Virus record (IMG/VR): IMGVR_UViG_3300036857_000619
Coordinates: 1-64,000 of that record
Length of the DNA stretch: 64,000 nucleotides
Reading direction: 5' to 3' (one strand)
Source of the DNA: a virus
Shown here: positions 1 through 7,723 of the stretch, piece by piece
Layout of the letters: each line of letters begins with the position of its first letter
Numbering within the stretch: position 1 is the stretch's first letter
Notes under the pieces: model-generated
Databases searched by the model: none
Told to the model about the DNA's origin: nothing
What the model saw: the letters and a program-made list of their open reading frames with translations, nothing else
Program-made: the position numbers and the translations under genes

Positions 1-20
1 TGGTGGTGGTGGTGGTGGTG
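1..20. repeat. (TGG)n microsatellite at the window edge
   Basis: tggtggtggtggtggtggtg read directly; it may continue beyond the window. Confidence 0.7.
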
Positions 21-131
21 TGGCCTCCGCACCTGGAGTTCCGACCGTTCGCCTGGACGCTCCAAAAAATATGCGCGTCGGTATTCCCCCGCCCTGGCGT
101 GACTTGACATAACGGGACAGGGGGGGGGTGG

Positions 132-163
132 TTGTCGTTTGGGTTCTGACGTGCTAGTAATGT
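132..163 (+). promoter_or_regulatory. Extended -10 promoter, copy 1 of the dispersed family
   Basis: TTGTCG-17 nt (TTTGGGTTCTGACGTGC)-TAGTAA; followed by a 7-bp hairpin (172-192) and an SD before the ATG at 219. Confidence 0.65.
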
Positions 164-218
164 TGGTGCATCGAGCGATGTGGTGTCGCTCGGATGACAT
201 CCCACACAGGAGATAGGA

Positions 219-863
219 ATGGACACCACGAGCATTCTCTCGAATATGAGCGCCAGTGAGCGCTCGGCGGCCGCCCGACTACTCGCGGCTCTGCTCGACG
301 ATTCCGCGCCAGCCGCGCCAGCCGCGCCAGCGGAGTCGATCTGGACAGCGGACAAGATTGTCCGTTGGGTCGACCGTGGCGGATCCGCTCGCAATGCGGC
401 CGGCGCCACGATTACGGATGGCGCATCCGACCCGGATGGACTGCTGGCCGTGGCGGCCAAGTTCCCCGGTCGGCCAGTGTTCACGGCCGCGTATCCCAAG
501 TCGGCCAGCGCTCGCGCGAAGTACCCGGACGCGGTTCTGGCTGGCACCACGCCAGCGCCGAAAGCGCCGGTAGCGCCACCAGCACCAGCCGCACCAGCGC
601 CGACGCTACGCGGCCGACTGCTGGAGACGCTTGGCTACGCGGCCGAGCCAGCGCCAGCGCCAGCGCCGAAAGCGGATCCGCTGGAGGAGTTGCTCGCAGA
701 CGTCGCTCGCGTGCGAGCGCTGCCGGGTGCAGACGTGGTGCTGCGAGCGCTCCGCATGGTGCACGACAAGCACGCGGCCAATCGTGGGAACTTCACCCAC
801 GCGGACGTGGACGTAGCGCTCGGACTGCGCGAGCCAGCTACCACGAGCGCTCGCACCAAGTAA
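219..863 (+). CDS. Ala/Pro-rich hypothetical protein A (214 aa); N-terminal domain paralogous to protein B
   Basis: SD CAGGAG; SIWTADKIVRWVDRGG..RN...ATITDGASDP motif shared with 2610..3203. Confidence 0.8.
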   Translation: MDTTSILSNMSASERSAAARLLAALLDDSAPAAPAAPAESIWTADKIVRWVDRGGSARNAAGATITDGASDPDGLLAVAAKFPGRPVFTAAYPKSASARAKYPDAVLAGTTPAPKAPVAPPAPAAPAPTLRGRLLETLGYAAEPAPAPAPKADPLEELLADVARVRALPGADVVLRALRMVHDKHAANRGNFTHADVDVALGLREPATTSARTK

Positions 864-914
864 CCGCACGCGGGACTGTCGCAGCAGTCCCGCCATTCTC
901 CCCAGGAGGTACGC

Positions 915-1118
915 ATGTTCGTTGTTCTGTTCTCTGCTCTCTGGAGCGCTTGGTGCTCCGTTGTCGATCTGTTCCAACACGTCGTCGTTCACGTGGTCGA
1001 GGTGCTGTTCTCGCGCGACTCGTTCCACACCAATTGCTGTACTGAGTGCTCGCTCGATCGCTGGGAGTCGACCGGCTTCATGGATCGCCGACGCGAGCGC
1101 TGGGGTAGCTACTCCTAA
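915..1118 (+). CDS. Small hypothetical protein (67 aa) with hydrophobic N-terminus
   Basis: CCCCAGGAGGT SD and a perfect 9-bp hairpin (870-893) upstream. Confidence 0.6.
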   Translation: MFVVLFSALWSAWCSVVDLFQHVVVHVVEVLFSRDSFHTNCCTECSLDRWESTGFMDRRRERWGSYS

Positions 1119-1360
1119 CCCGGACAGGCCGGCAGGCCTCAGCGCCTGCCTTAGGCCAGCCTAGGGACTTTGTGACCCCTGCCTCCCTAAGGAGGGACCA
1201 GGCAGGGTGAGCCATCACGGGAGCAGGCCCAGGGAGGGAGCTGCTCTCGAGGCAGGCTGCGTCCTCGGAGCGGGATGCGGTCGGAAGCACGGCAGGTCGC
1301 ATGCGTGCCTGCCTGCCTCAGGTCCAGGGCAGCGGGCCTGCCTACCTGCCTAGCGCGAGC
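1119..1360. repeat. Intergenic tract rich in GGCAGG/CCTGCC motifs
   Basis: About 10 copies of CCTGCC/GGCAGG-type motifs in both orientations; no credible ORF. Confidence 0.55.
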
Positions 1361-1368
1361 CTCATTGG

Positions 1369-1402
1369 ATGCCGTTAGGGTTCCGATGCGCTAGTAATCT
1401 CT
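1369..1402 (+). promoter_or_regulatory. Promoter family copy 2
   Basis: TTAGGGTTCCGATGCGC-TAGTAA-TCTCT, aligns with the other copies. Confidence 0.6.
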
Positions 1403-1476
1403 TGTCGGTTTGTCCGCCGGTGCCGCGCTCTGCGCGAGCGTTCACGTCTCGACCCTGGAGGTCTGAACACCCCACC

Positions 1477-1659
1477 ATGCAGTTCACCTGCGTCGCCTGC
1501 TCCAACGAGAGCACCAACCCTCGCCGATTCGCGATCGGCCTCGTCTGCCGTGCCTGTGCGGCGTTCCTCCGCCGCGAGGAGGCCACCTTCGAGGAGAAGG
1601 CCCTCCAGTTCGCGGAGGAGACCGCGCGCATCAAGCGTGCGTACCAGGCGGTCAGCTGA
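1477..1659 (+). CDS. Small zinc-ribbon protein ZnF1 (60 aa)
   Basis: FTCVACSNEST...GLVCRACAAFL; GGAGG SD; paralog of 2366 and 4187. Confidence 0.75.
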   Translation: MQFTCVACSNESTNPRRFAIGLVCRACAAFLRREEATFEEKALQFAEETARIKRAYQAVS

Positions 1660-1664
1660 CCGCA

Positions 1665-1748
1665 CAGCCCAGGAGGAATGCTCCGCAGGCAGGTCGCTCC
1701 TGCCCCTGGGCTCCAGCGCTTCGGCGCTGATATCCCACTCCGGAGGTG
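1665..1748 (+). ncRNA. Structured intergenic RNA repeat, copy 1 (cis-element)
   Basis: Stems GCCCAGG/CCTGGGC (1667-73/1705-11) and GGCAGG/CCTGCC (1688-93/1699-1704), a CAGCGC-TTCG-GCGCTG hairpin, then ATCCCAC..GGAGGTG. Confidence 0.55.
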
Positions 1749-1756
1749 AGGCTGTT

Positions 1757-2266
1757 ATGCCCACACCCCGCATTCACGCTGCGCCGTTCATCTGGACGGA
1801 AGGCAGCTACTCCGTCGGTACGGACGTTGACGTCCTGACCGGCATCGTCTTCCGCGCGGTCAAGGCTCCGTCCCGGCGCCGCGCGAAGACGCAAGCCTGG
1901 CGTAAGACCCAGGCCGCACGGTTCGAGCGCCGCCAGGAGCGGGCGCTCATCGCGGAGCACATCGAGGCTGAGGCCCCGGTGTACGACCGCCAGTTCGCGC
2001 GCTACGCCCGCGAGTATCGCCTGGCGCGTGCCGAGGAGGAGGAGCTCGACCTCCTCTACGGCAGCGAGGCCGAGCGGCGGCTCGAGGACCTGCGCTACGA
2101 GGCGCAGCTCGCGGCCTGGCGAGCCGGTGTCGCCGACAAGCGGGAGCGACTCGGCGCGCTCCGCCAGCAGATTGCCCAGCTCGTCGAGGAGGCCGATGAG
2201 CTGGAGGCGTCCATCGACTACCAGGTCGGTGGCGTCTGCGCCATCTGTGGCGACCCGCGCTGCTAG
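1757..2266 (+). CDS. Hypothetical coiled-coil protein with C-terminal CxxC (169 aa)
   Basis: GGAGG SD; long helical R/E/A-rich segment; ends CAICGDPRC. Confidence 0.75.
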   Translation: MPTPRIHAAPFIWTEGSYSVGTDVDVLTGIVFRAVKAPSRRRAKTQAWRKTQAARFERRQERALIAEHIEAEAPVYDRQFARYAREYRLARAEEEELDLLYGSEAERRLEDLRYEAQLAAWRAGVADKRERLGALRQQIAQLVEEADELEASIDYQVGGVCAICGDPRC

Positions 2267-2274
2267 CCACAGCG

Positions 2275-2360
2275 CAGCCCAGGAGGTTGACCGAAGGCGG
2301 GTCATTCCCGCCCCTGGGCACCAGCGCTTGTCAGAGCGCTGACATCCCACCCAGGAGGTG
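2275..2360 (+). ncRNA. Structured intergenic RNA repeat, copy 2
   Basis: Same outer stem; inner stem GGCGGG/CCCGCC is a compensatory change relative to copy 1; CAGCGCT/AGCGCTG hairpin; ATCCCACCCAGGAGGTG. Confidence 0.55.
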
Positions 2361-2365
2361 CGCGC

Positions 2366-2530
2366 ATGTTCACGTGTGCTGCCTGCCGGAACGAGAGCAC
2401 CAGACCGCTACGCATCAAGGGCGTCGGCCTGGTCTGCCGTCTCTGCGCAGCCTTCCTGATCCGCTCGGAGCTCTCGTTCGACGAGAGCGCCCTGCGCGAG
2501 CAGGAAGCCGTCCGTCGCCTCCGCGGCTAA
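2366..2530 (+). CDS. Small zinc-ribbon protein ZnF2 (54 aa; not in the ORF track)
   Basis: MFTCAACRNESTRP...GLVCRLCAAFL; strong SD; stop TAA at 2528-30. Confidence 0.75.
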   Translation: MFTCAACRNESTRPLRIKGVGLVCRLCAAFLIRSELSFDESALREQEAVRRLRG

Positions 2531-2609
2531 TCCCGCGCGCGACACCTCATCCGTCTCGCCCGGCCCGACTGACAGCGGGCCCGGCCGTTCTCCCCAGGAG
2601 GTGACCAGC

Positions 2610-3203
2610 ATGGTCATGCCTACCCTTTCCTCCCTTACTCCCGCCCAGCGCGCGGCTGCCGCGCAGCTGCTCGCCGCCCTGCTCGAGGATGTCGCTCCGG
2701 CGGCGCCCGAGCCTGCGGCGGCGTCCATCTGGACCGCTGACAAGGTGGTCCGCTGGGTGGACCGCGGAGGCCGCCCGCGCAACGACATGGCGGCCACGAT
2801 CACCGACGGCGCCAGCGATCCGCTGGGCCTGCTGCCGGTGGCCGCGCGCTACCCCGGCCGGCCGATCTTCCCGGAAGGCTTCCGCTTCAAGACGAAGCGG
2901 GACCTGCCGATGGACGCGGTGATCGTCCGCAAGGCGGGCACCGTGCGCAGCCCGCAGCCGGCCGACCTGCGGACCACCGCCCCTGCGTCGCAGCGCAGCG
3001 GCGGTTCGCAGGCCGCGTTCAAGGCGGGCCACGACCTGGGCTCGAACGCGCCCACGCGCACGGTCGTGGTGCGCGACCTGCTGCGCGCGGACGGGCCCTG
3101 GCTGCGCTGCCCGGAGTGCAGCGAGGCGTACTGGAGCGCGACGCGCGACGACGCCTGGCTCGAGACGAAGGTGCGCAAGCACATCGCCTCGAAGCACGCC
3201 TGA
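2610..3203 (+). CDS. Hypothetical protein B (197 aa): protein-A-type N domain plus C-terminal C2H2-like finger
   Basis: SIWTADKVVRWVDRGG motif; WLRCPECSEAYW...KHIASKH shared with 4385..5122. Confidence 0.8.
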   Translation: MVMPTLSSLTPAQRAAAAQLLAALLEDVAPAAPEPAAASIWTADKVVRWVDRGGRPRNDMAATITDGASDPLGLLPVAARYPGRPIFPEGFRFKTKRDLPMDAVIVRKAGTVRSPQPADLRTTAPASQRSGGSQAAFKAGHDLGSNAPTRTVVVRDLLRADGPWLRCPECSEAYWSATRDDAWLETKVRKHIASKHA

Positions 3204-3209
3204 GGCGCT

Positions 3210-3253
3210 GACCCCGATGGTCGTAAGGCGAGTTCGACTCTCGCCTGGGGTCC
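3210..3253 (+). ncRNA. tRNA-like minihelix (acceptor-like stem plus T-arm; no anticodon arm)
   Basis: GACCCCG/TGGGGTC 7-bp stem, linker ATGGTCGTAA, GGCGAG-TTCGACT-CTCGCC arm with a canonical T-loop. Confidence 0.45.
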
Positions 3254-3281
3254 CGGTGCGACATGCACCTGGAAGGAGGTC

Positions 3282-3473
3282 ATGACAGTCATGGCCAGGA
3301 AGAACGATCGGGTAGGCGGCAAGATCAGCCGCGGCACGTGTGAGGGCTGCGGCCTGGACCTGGGCAACCGCCTGGACCCGTACTGCTGGGCCTGCGCCAA
3401 GCAGCTCGAGCGCGTGATCGAGCAGCGCATGCGCGAACGGCGCCGCGAGCTGGCCGAGCAGGCCGCCTCGTGA
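3282..3473 (+). CDS. Small CxxC protein (63 aa)
   Basis: AAGGAGG SD; CEGC...CWAC. Confidence 0.65.
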   Translation: MTVMARKNDRVGGKISRGTCEGCGLDLGNRLDPYCWACAKQLERVIEQRMRERRRELAEQAAS

Positions 3474-3712
3474 CGGCCGACATCTACTACCACCCGGCGC
3501 CGGAGTGCGAGGCGTACGCGCGGCACTGCCGCGTGTGCCGCAAGCCCTGGTGCCCGATCTGCCTGCCGCAGTGCGACTGTGGCCCGCGCACGCTGGACTG
3601 GCGCCACGCCGTGTGCGGTGACGAGGTGTGGTGCCAGCTGTCCGCCGAGACCCTGACCTGCGTCGAGTACCTCGACGCGATGGACACGGCCGATGCTGCG
3701 ATCGGCCGCTAG
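3470..3712 (+). CDS. Cys-rich small protein (80 aa)
   Basis: GTGA overlap with the previous gene; several CxxC motifs. Confidence 0.6.
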   Translation: MTADIYYHPAPECEAYARHCRVCRKPWCPICLPQCDCGPRTLDWRHAVCGDEVWCQLSAETLTCVEYLDAMDTADAAIGR

Positions 3713-3764
3713 CGGCGCCTGAGGGCGCCACACGCCAACCCTGACGATAGGGAGGGAGGTCTGA

Positions 3765-3900
3765 AAATTAGGCCTGCCTGCCTGCCAGGCAGGGTGACGA
3801 GCCTCCCTGCCGGCCTATCGGCCTGCCTGCCACGCAGGGGGTTCAGGCCCCCGGAGCCTGCCCCAATCGCTGGGCCTGCGCATGGCCCTGCGCGCCTGCC
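3765..3900. repeat. Second GCCTGCC-rich intergenic tract
   Basis: GGCCTGCCTGCCTGCCAGGCAGGG and further CCTGCC copies upstream of promoter copy 3. Confidence 0.55.
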
Positions 3901-4042
3901 CATGCGCGCCCCTGATGCGGGCGCTGGCGTCCGATAACGGACGCTTAGCGGACCCCTCCCTGCAGGCCCATCCCGCGCGCCCGCATGCGCCCACACACGA
4001 GCGCACGGGCCACGCATGGCGAAGCCCCCATTCGAGTTCAGT

Positions 4043-4077
4043 TTGCTCGTTTGGGTTCCGACATGCTATCGTTTTTG
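4043..4077 (+). promoter_or_regulatory. Promoter family copy 3
   Basis: TTGCTC...TTTGGGTTCCGACATGC-TATCGT-TTTTGTCC. Confidence 0.65.
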
Positions 4078-4186
4078 TCCCGTTCGGTCGCTGGTCGCCA
4101 CGATCACGATCGGACGGCCCCGCCCCCGCGAGCGTGCACACACGTCGTGCGCATCGCGCATCCCACCTGAGGAGGTCTCGAGACCT

Positions 4187-4381
4187 ATGCCCACGTTCAC
4201 CGCGTCCTGCATCGCCTGTGGCGAGTTCACGTCGTCCGCCCGCTCCACTCGCAGCGGCCTGATGTGCCGCGCCTGCGCGCGCTTCATGCGCGCCCCGCTC
4301 GACGAGCTGGCGCCTGAGCCGCTCGTCCAGCCCTACGTCCCGCCCGCTCACCTGGAGCCCGAGCTCGAGGAGGTCGCCTAG
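4187..4381 (+). CDS. Small zinc-ribbon protein ZnF3 (64 aa)
   Basis: FTASCIACGEFT...GLMCRACARFM; SD in ATCCCACCTGAGGAGGT. Confidence 0.75.
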   Translation: MPTFTASCIACGEFTSSARSTRSGLMCRACARFMRAPLDELAPEPLVQPYVPPAHLEPELEEVA

Positions 4382-4384
4382 CCC

Positions 4385-5122
4385 ATGTCCGCCCCCGCCC
4401 TGTCCAGCGCGCGCCGTCGCCTGGCCGCCCAAGCGCTCGCCGCCACCGAGGCGCGTCTCGCCATGACCCCCGCCCAAGCCGATGAGGCCATTCGCACCCT
4501 GGAGGTTGCTCCCGTCATGACCGTCCCTACCACCGCGCCCGCCACCGTCGACCTCGCCGCATTCCTGGCTCAGGGCCAGGCGCTCCTCGCCTCGCTGCAG
4601 CCCGCCGCGCCGGTGGCGCCCGCTGCTCCGGCGCCCGCTGCTCCGGCGCCCGCTCCCGCGGCGCCCGCGCTGACGGGTCTGGCCAAGGCCCAGGCGTTCT
4701 GGAAGTCCGACTACGCGGGCAAGGGCGTGCCGGTACGCCAGCTCGCGAGCGGCACCTGGGTGGACGTCAAGGGCGCGTTCTGCAAGGCCCCCAAGGCGGC
4801 GCCGAAAACGCAACGCGCGCCAGAAGCGCCGCGTGTGGCGCCCGTTTCGGCGGTGCCGGCTGGGCCTGGCATCACGCTGGAGCAGCTGGAGCGGCTGCTG
4901 GCGGCGCTGGGTGGTGCGCCGGCGGTGGCTGCGGCTGCGGCGCCTGCTGCGGCGGCGGTGGTCGCGGCGGTGACGCCGGGCATCCGCGAGCAGCTGGTGG
5001 ACGACGGCAAGGGCTGGCTGCACTGCCCGGCCTGCGAGAGCGCGTACTGGGGCGCGTTCCGCTCGGACGACGAGCTGGCGCGCAAGTACGGCAAGCACGT
5101 GGCGAAGGCGCACGCCAGCTGA
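4385..5122 (+). CDS. Ala/Pro-rich hypothetical protein C (245 aa) with C2H2-like C-terminus
   Basis: WLHCPACESAYW...KHVAKAH paralogous to the C-terminus of protein B. Confidence 0.8.
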   Translation: MSAPALSSARRRLAAQALAATEARLAMTPAQADEAIRTLEVAPVMTVPTTAPATVDLAAFLAQGQALLASLQPAAPVAPAAPAPAAPAPAPAAPALTGLAKAQAFWKSDYAGKGVPVRQLASGTWVDVKGAFCKAPKAAPKTQRAPEAPRVAPVSAVPAGPGITLEQLERLLAALGGAPAVAAAAAPAAAAVVAAVTPGIREQLVDDGKGWLHCPACESAYWGAFRSDDELARKYGKHVAKAHAS

Positions 5123-5156
5123 GCCTGCACCCCACCGCGCTCCTGACCCTGGCCAT

Positions 5157-5190
5157 GACCCCCGCTCACAGCGAGCGGGGGTCGTTCTGT
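5157..5190 (+). terminator. 11-bp hairpin; possible terminator or processing site
   Basis: GACCCCCGCTC-ACAGC-GAGCGGGGGTC followed by GTTCTGT (only a weak U-tract). Confidence 0.45.
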
Positions 5191-5204
5191 CCCTGGGAGG
5201 ACCT

Positions 5205-5516
5205 ATGGACACGCTGATGACACCCGCGACTGAGACCTCAATCGACGCCCTGGCGCTGCACTGCGGCAAGTGTGGGCAGCGCCGCCAGGCGGTGGTGCTG
5301 GCGATGTACGAGGGGCTGTGCCGCCGCTGCCACGAGCGGGCGCAGCGCACGCTGTGCGGTGCCTGCCACAACGACGCCAGGCCGGAGGTGCTGTGGCGCT
5401 TTGGCGGGGTGTGCCGCGCCTGCCACTTCCGCGGGCGGTATCCGGCGGGCGGGCCGACGCTGGCGGAGTTCCGCGCCCAATCGGGCTGCGTCCACGACCA
5501 GGCGGAGGTGGCCTGA
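5205..5516 (+). CDS. Double zinc-ribbon protein (103 aa)
   Basis: Four CxxC pairs; GGAGG SD. Confidence 0.7.
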   Translation: MDTLMTPATETSIDALALHCGKCGQRRQAVVLAMYEGLCRRCHERAQRTLCGACHNDARPEVLWRFGGVCRACHFRGRYPAGGPTLAEFRAQSGCVHDQAEVA

Positions 5517-5518
5517 CC

Positions 5519-5980
5519 GTGGGCGTGCTGAAGGCCCAGCCGGTCGGGCGCAACTGGCAGTACCACCTGGCGTACGGGCAGACGCTGCTGCGCAACGTGG
5601 GCTCGGTCGACCCTGCCAACGACGGCTGGCAGGTGAGCAACCAGGACCCTCGGCTGGTGAGTGCCCACGTGCACATCAGCCCTGAGGTGGCGCTGCTGCT
5701 GCTCAAGGGGCTGCGGGCGCAGCAGCTCCGCGATCGCGACCCGGTGAACCTGCCGTGTGGTGCGGCCTACTGGGTCGACTTCCGCGGCAACGCCCACGAG
5801 GTCAGCTGCGGCTCGTGGCATGGCGGCGAGCGGAGCCTGTGCGAGGGCTGCACGGCGCGGGCTGAGCGGGACTACCCGCAAGGCTGGCGCGGCTACCCCG
5901 GCGACGTGTGCCGCCACGGGACCTACGTGGGTGGGTCCGGGCGGGACGTGCTGTGCGGGCGCTGCGAGATGGGCGACTAG
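5519..5980 (+). CDS. Hypothetical protein with Cys/His-rich C-terminus (153 aa)
   Basis: GC3-biased codons; CEGC...CRH...CGRC. Confidence 0.6.
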   Translation: MGVLKAQPVGRNWQYHLAYGQTLLRNVGSVDPANDGWQVSNQDPRLVSAHVHISPEVALLLLKGLRAQQLRDRDPVNLPCGAAYWVDFRGNAHEVSCGSWHGGERSLCEGCTARAERDYPQGWRGYPGDVCRHGTYVGGSGRDVLCGRCEMGD

Positions 5981-6248
5981 GGCTCGAGCGAGAGGGCGGC
6001 AGGCCTGGGTGCCTCGCCTGCCTGCCTTGAACCGAGGGCCGGAAGCCTGGGCCGCCGGCAAGCAATACGCGCACGTTGGCGCGCTATTCGAGGGAGGTTG
6101 CAGATGAGGGTTGTGGTTCGCGCGCGCGCGCGAGTGGCCGTACGAGCGCTGAGGGCGGCGTTTGGCACGCGGACGAGGCCGGGCACCTGGCGAACGAGCC
6201 CCGCCGGGCGGTCCGTGCGGCTGGTCCGCGTCGAGAGGAGGCTGGCGT

Positions 6249-6563
6249 ATGGCCGTTGAGGGCACCGTCTACCTGATTCACCTGGATCAGAAGCTGGCGC
6301 ACGCGGGCCACTACCTGGGGTGGGCGCATACCGAGCGACTGGAGGCTCGACTGGTGCACCACCGCAAGGGCTCGGGCGCGCGCTTCATGGCGGCGGTGTC
6401 CGAGGCGGGCATCGCGTGGAACGTGGTCAGGACGTGGCCTGGCGACCGCCACCTCGAGCGGTCCCTGAAGAACCGCAAGGGGGCAGCGAGGTTCTGCCCC
6501 ACGTGCAAAGCGGCAGCGCGCGCCAAGTCGCGCATTCCCACACAGGAGGTCAATCAGACCTGA
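6249..6563 (+). CDS. Small GIY-YIG-like nuclease (104 aa)
   Basis: VYLIHL...HYLGWA...RLEARLVHH...E...K pattern; GAGGAG SD. Confidence 0.65.
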   Translation: MAVEGTVYLIHLDQKLAHAGHYLGWAHTERLEARLVHHRKGSGARFMAAVSEAGIAWNVVRTWPGDRHLERSLKNRKGAARFCPTCKAAARAKSRIPTQEVNQT

Positions 6564-7244
6564 ATGGCTACGCAGACGAAGCAGCAGGACGAGCAGGCAG
6601 TGGTGACGGTGGACCTGAGCGCGCGCATCGCGGCGGCGATGGCCGAGCGCGAAAGCGCCAGGGAGCTGCTCAAGGCGGCGCGCATGCGCGGTGATCCGGC
6701 GGAGGTCGCCGTCGCGGAGGGCATGGTCAAGGACGCGCTGAAGGCGTACCGCCAGCTGGAGCGCGCGCCGACGGCGCAGGAGGCGCTGGCCGACGCGCTC
6801 CAGCGCATCAAGGCCGAGGAGGCGGCAAAGCCGGCGAGCGATACGACGCGGCTGAGCGGCACCGAGATGCGCCGCAAGGCCAAGGCGCGCACGACACCAA
6901 CGGTCGCGGCAGCCGAGAGCGACAAGGCCGCCGTCGTCAAGGAGCGCCAGGAGGTCGCCGAGGCCGCAGCCAGCGACGCGCAGATCGGCGCGTACCTCGA
7001 GCCGCGGATGCAGGAGCTGCTCGCCAACCAGACGCTGCGCGGTGAAGCCCTGCGCTGGACGCGGCGGCTGATCACCTGGCTGGCCGAGGCCGACGGCCAC
7101 TGCATCAGCAACCAGCCAGTGCTGGCGCGCAAGTTCCTGGGCCTGGTCAAGAGCGAGCTGATGGCCCAGGAGCAAGCGCTGAAGGACGCGCAGGCGGAGC
7201 GGCCCAGGGCCGCGAGCACCAAGAAGGGAAAGGGAGCCAAGTAG
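6564..7244 (+). CDS. Hypothetical helical protein (226 aa)
   Basis: TTCCCACACAGGAGGT SD motif; basic C-terminal tail. Confidence 0.75.
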   Translation: MATQTKQQDEQAVVTVDLSARIAAAMAERESARELLKAARMRGDPAEVAVAEGMVKDALKAYRQLERAPTAQEALADALQRIKAEEAAKPASDTTRLSGTEMRRKAKARTTPTVAAAESDKAAVVKERQEVAEAAASDAQIGAYLEPRMQELLANQTLRGEALRWTRRLITWLAEADGHCISNQPVLARKFLGLVKSELMAQEQALKDAQAERPRAASTKKGKGAK

Positions 7245-7274
7245 GCAATGCGACGACTCAGGACGATCGAGGGC

Positions 7275-7712
7275 ATGGCAACAGAGGTGACGGCAACGAC
7301 GACGGAGGCTGGATCAAGCCAGGTGGCCGCCGTTGCTCCGGTGACCCAGCTGCGCGGCAGCCTGGCCCGCCCGGCGCGTGAGCCGAAGCCAACACACGTG
7401 CTCGAGGGCCAGGTCGAGCGCACCAACACGCGCGGCTTCGTGGTCGCCGGCGAGTGGGCCAACGTGTCCCGCTACCGCCCGCTGGCCGTGCCGCCCAGGG
7501 GCGCCGAGGTCCGCGTCGAGGTCGACGAGGACGGCTGGATCCAGGACCTCGAGGTCCTCAGCCGCCCGCCAGTCGAGATCAGCGGCAGCGACCGCATCAA
7601 CCTGCGCCTGTCGGTGCTGCAGGCCGCGGCCAGCTTCGGCTCCGGCCAGGACTGGGCCGACAACGTCGTGATCGCCACCGCCGAGAAGTGGCTTGCCTGG
7701 GTGCAAGCCTGA
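7275..7712 (+). CDS. Putative OB-fold / ssDNA-binding-like protein (145 aa)
   Basis: Beta-rich core (EGQVERTNTRGFVVAGEWANVS...VRVEVDEDGWI) plus a helical C-terminus; the fold is inferred. Confidence 0.4.
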   Translation: MATEVTATTTEAGSSQVAAVAPVTQLRGSLARPAREPKPTHVLEGQVERTNTRGFVVAGEWANVSRYRPLAVPPRGAEVRVEVDEDGWIQDLEVLSRPPVEISGSDRINLRLSVLQAAASFGSGQDWADNVVIATAEKWLAWVQA

Positions 7713-7723
7713 AAGGAGGCTCG

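Noticed and set aside
3210-3253. Bona fide tRNA gene
   Set aside because: Only about 44 nt, with no anticodon or full D arm and no CCA; kept as a tRNA-like element only.
3815-6265. 816-aa minus-strand ORF (likewise 22548..23927, 32363..33760, 18884..20086 on - and 59818..61506, 62066..63199 on +)
   Set aside because: Shadow ORFs antisense to well-supported genes; expected in very GC-rich DNA; no motifs or SD.
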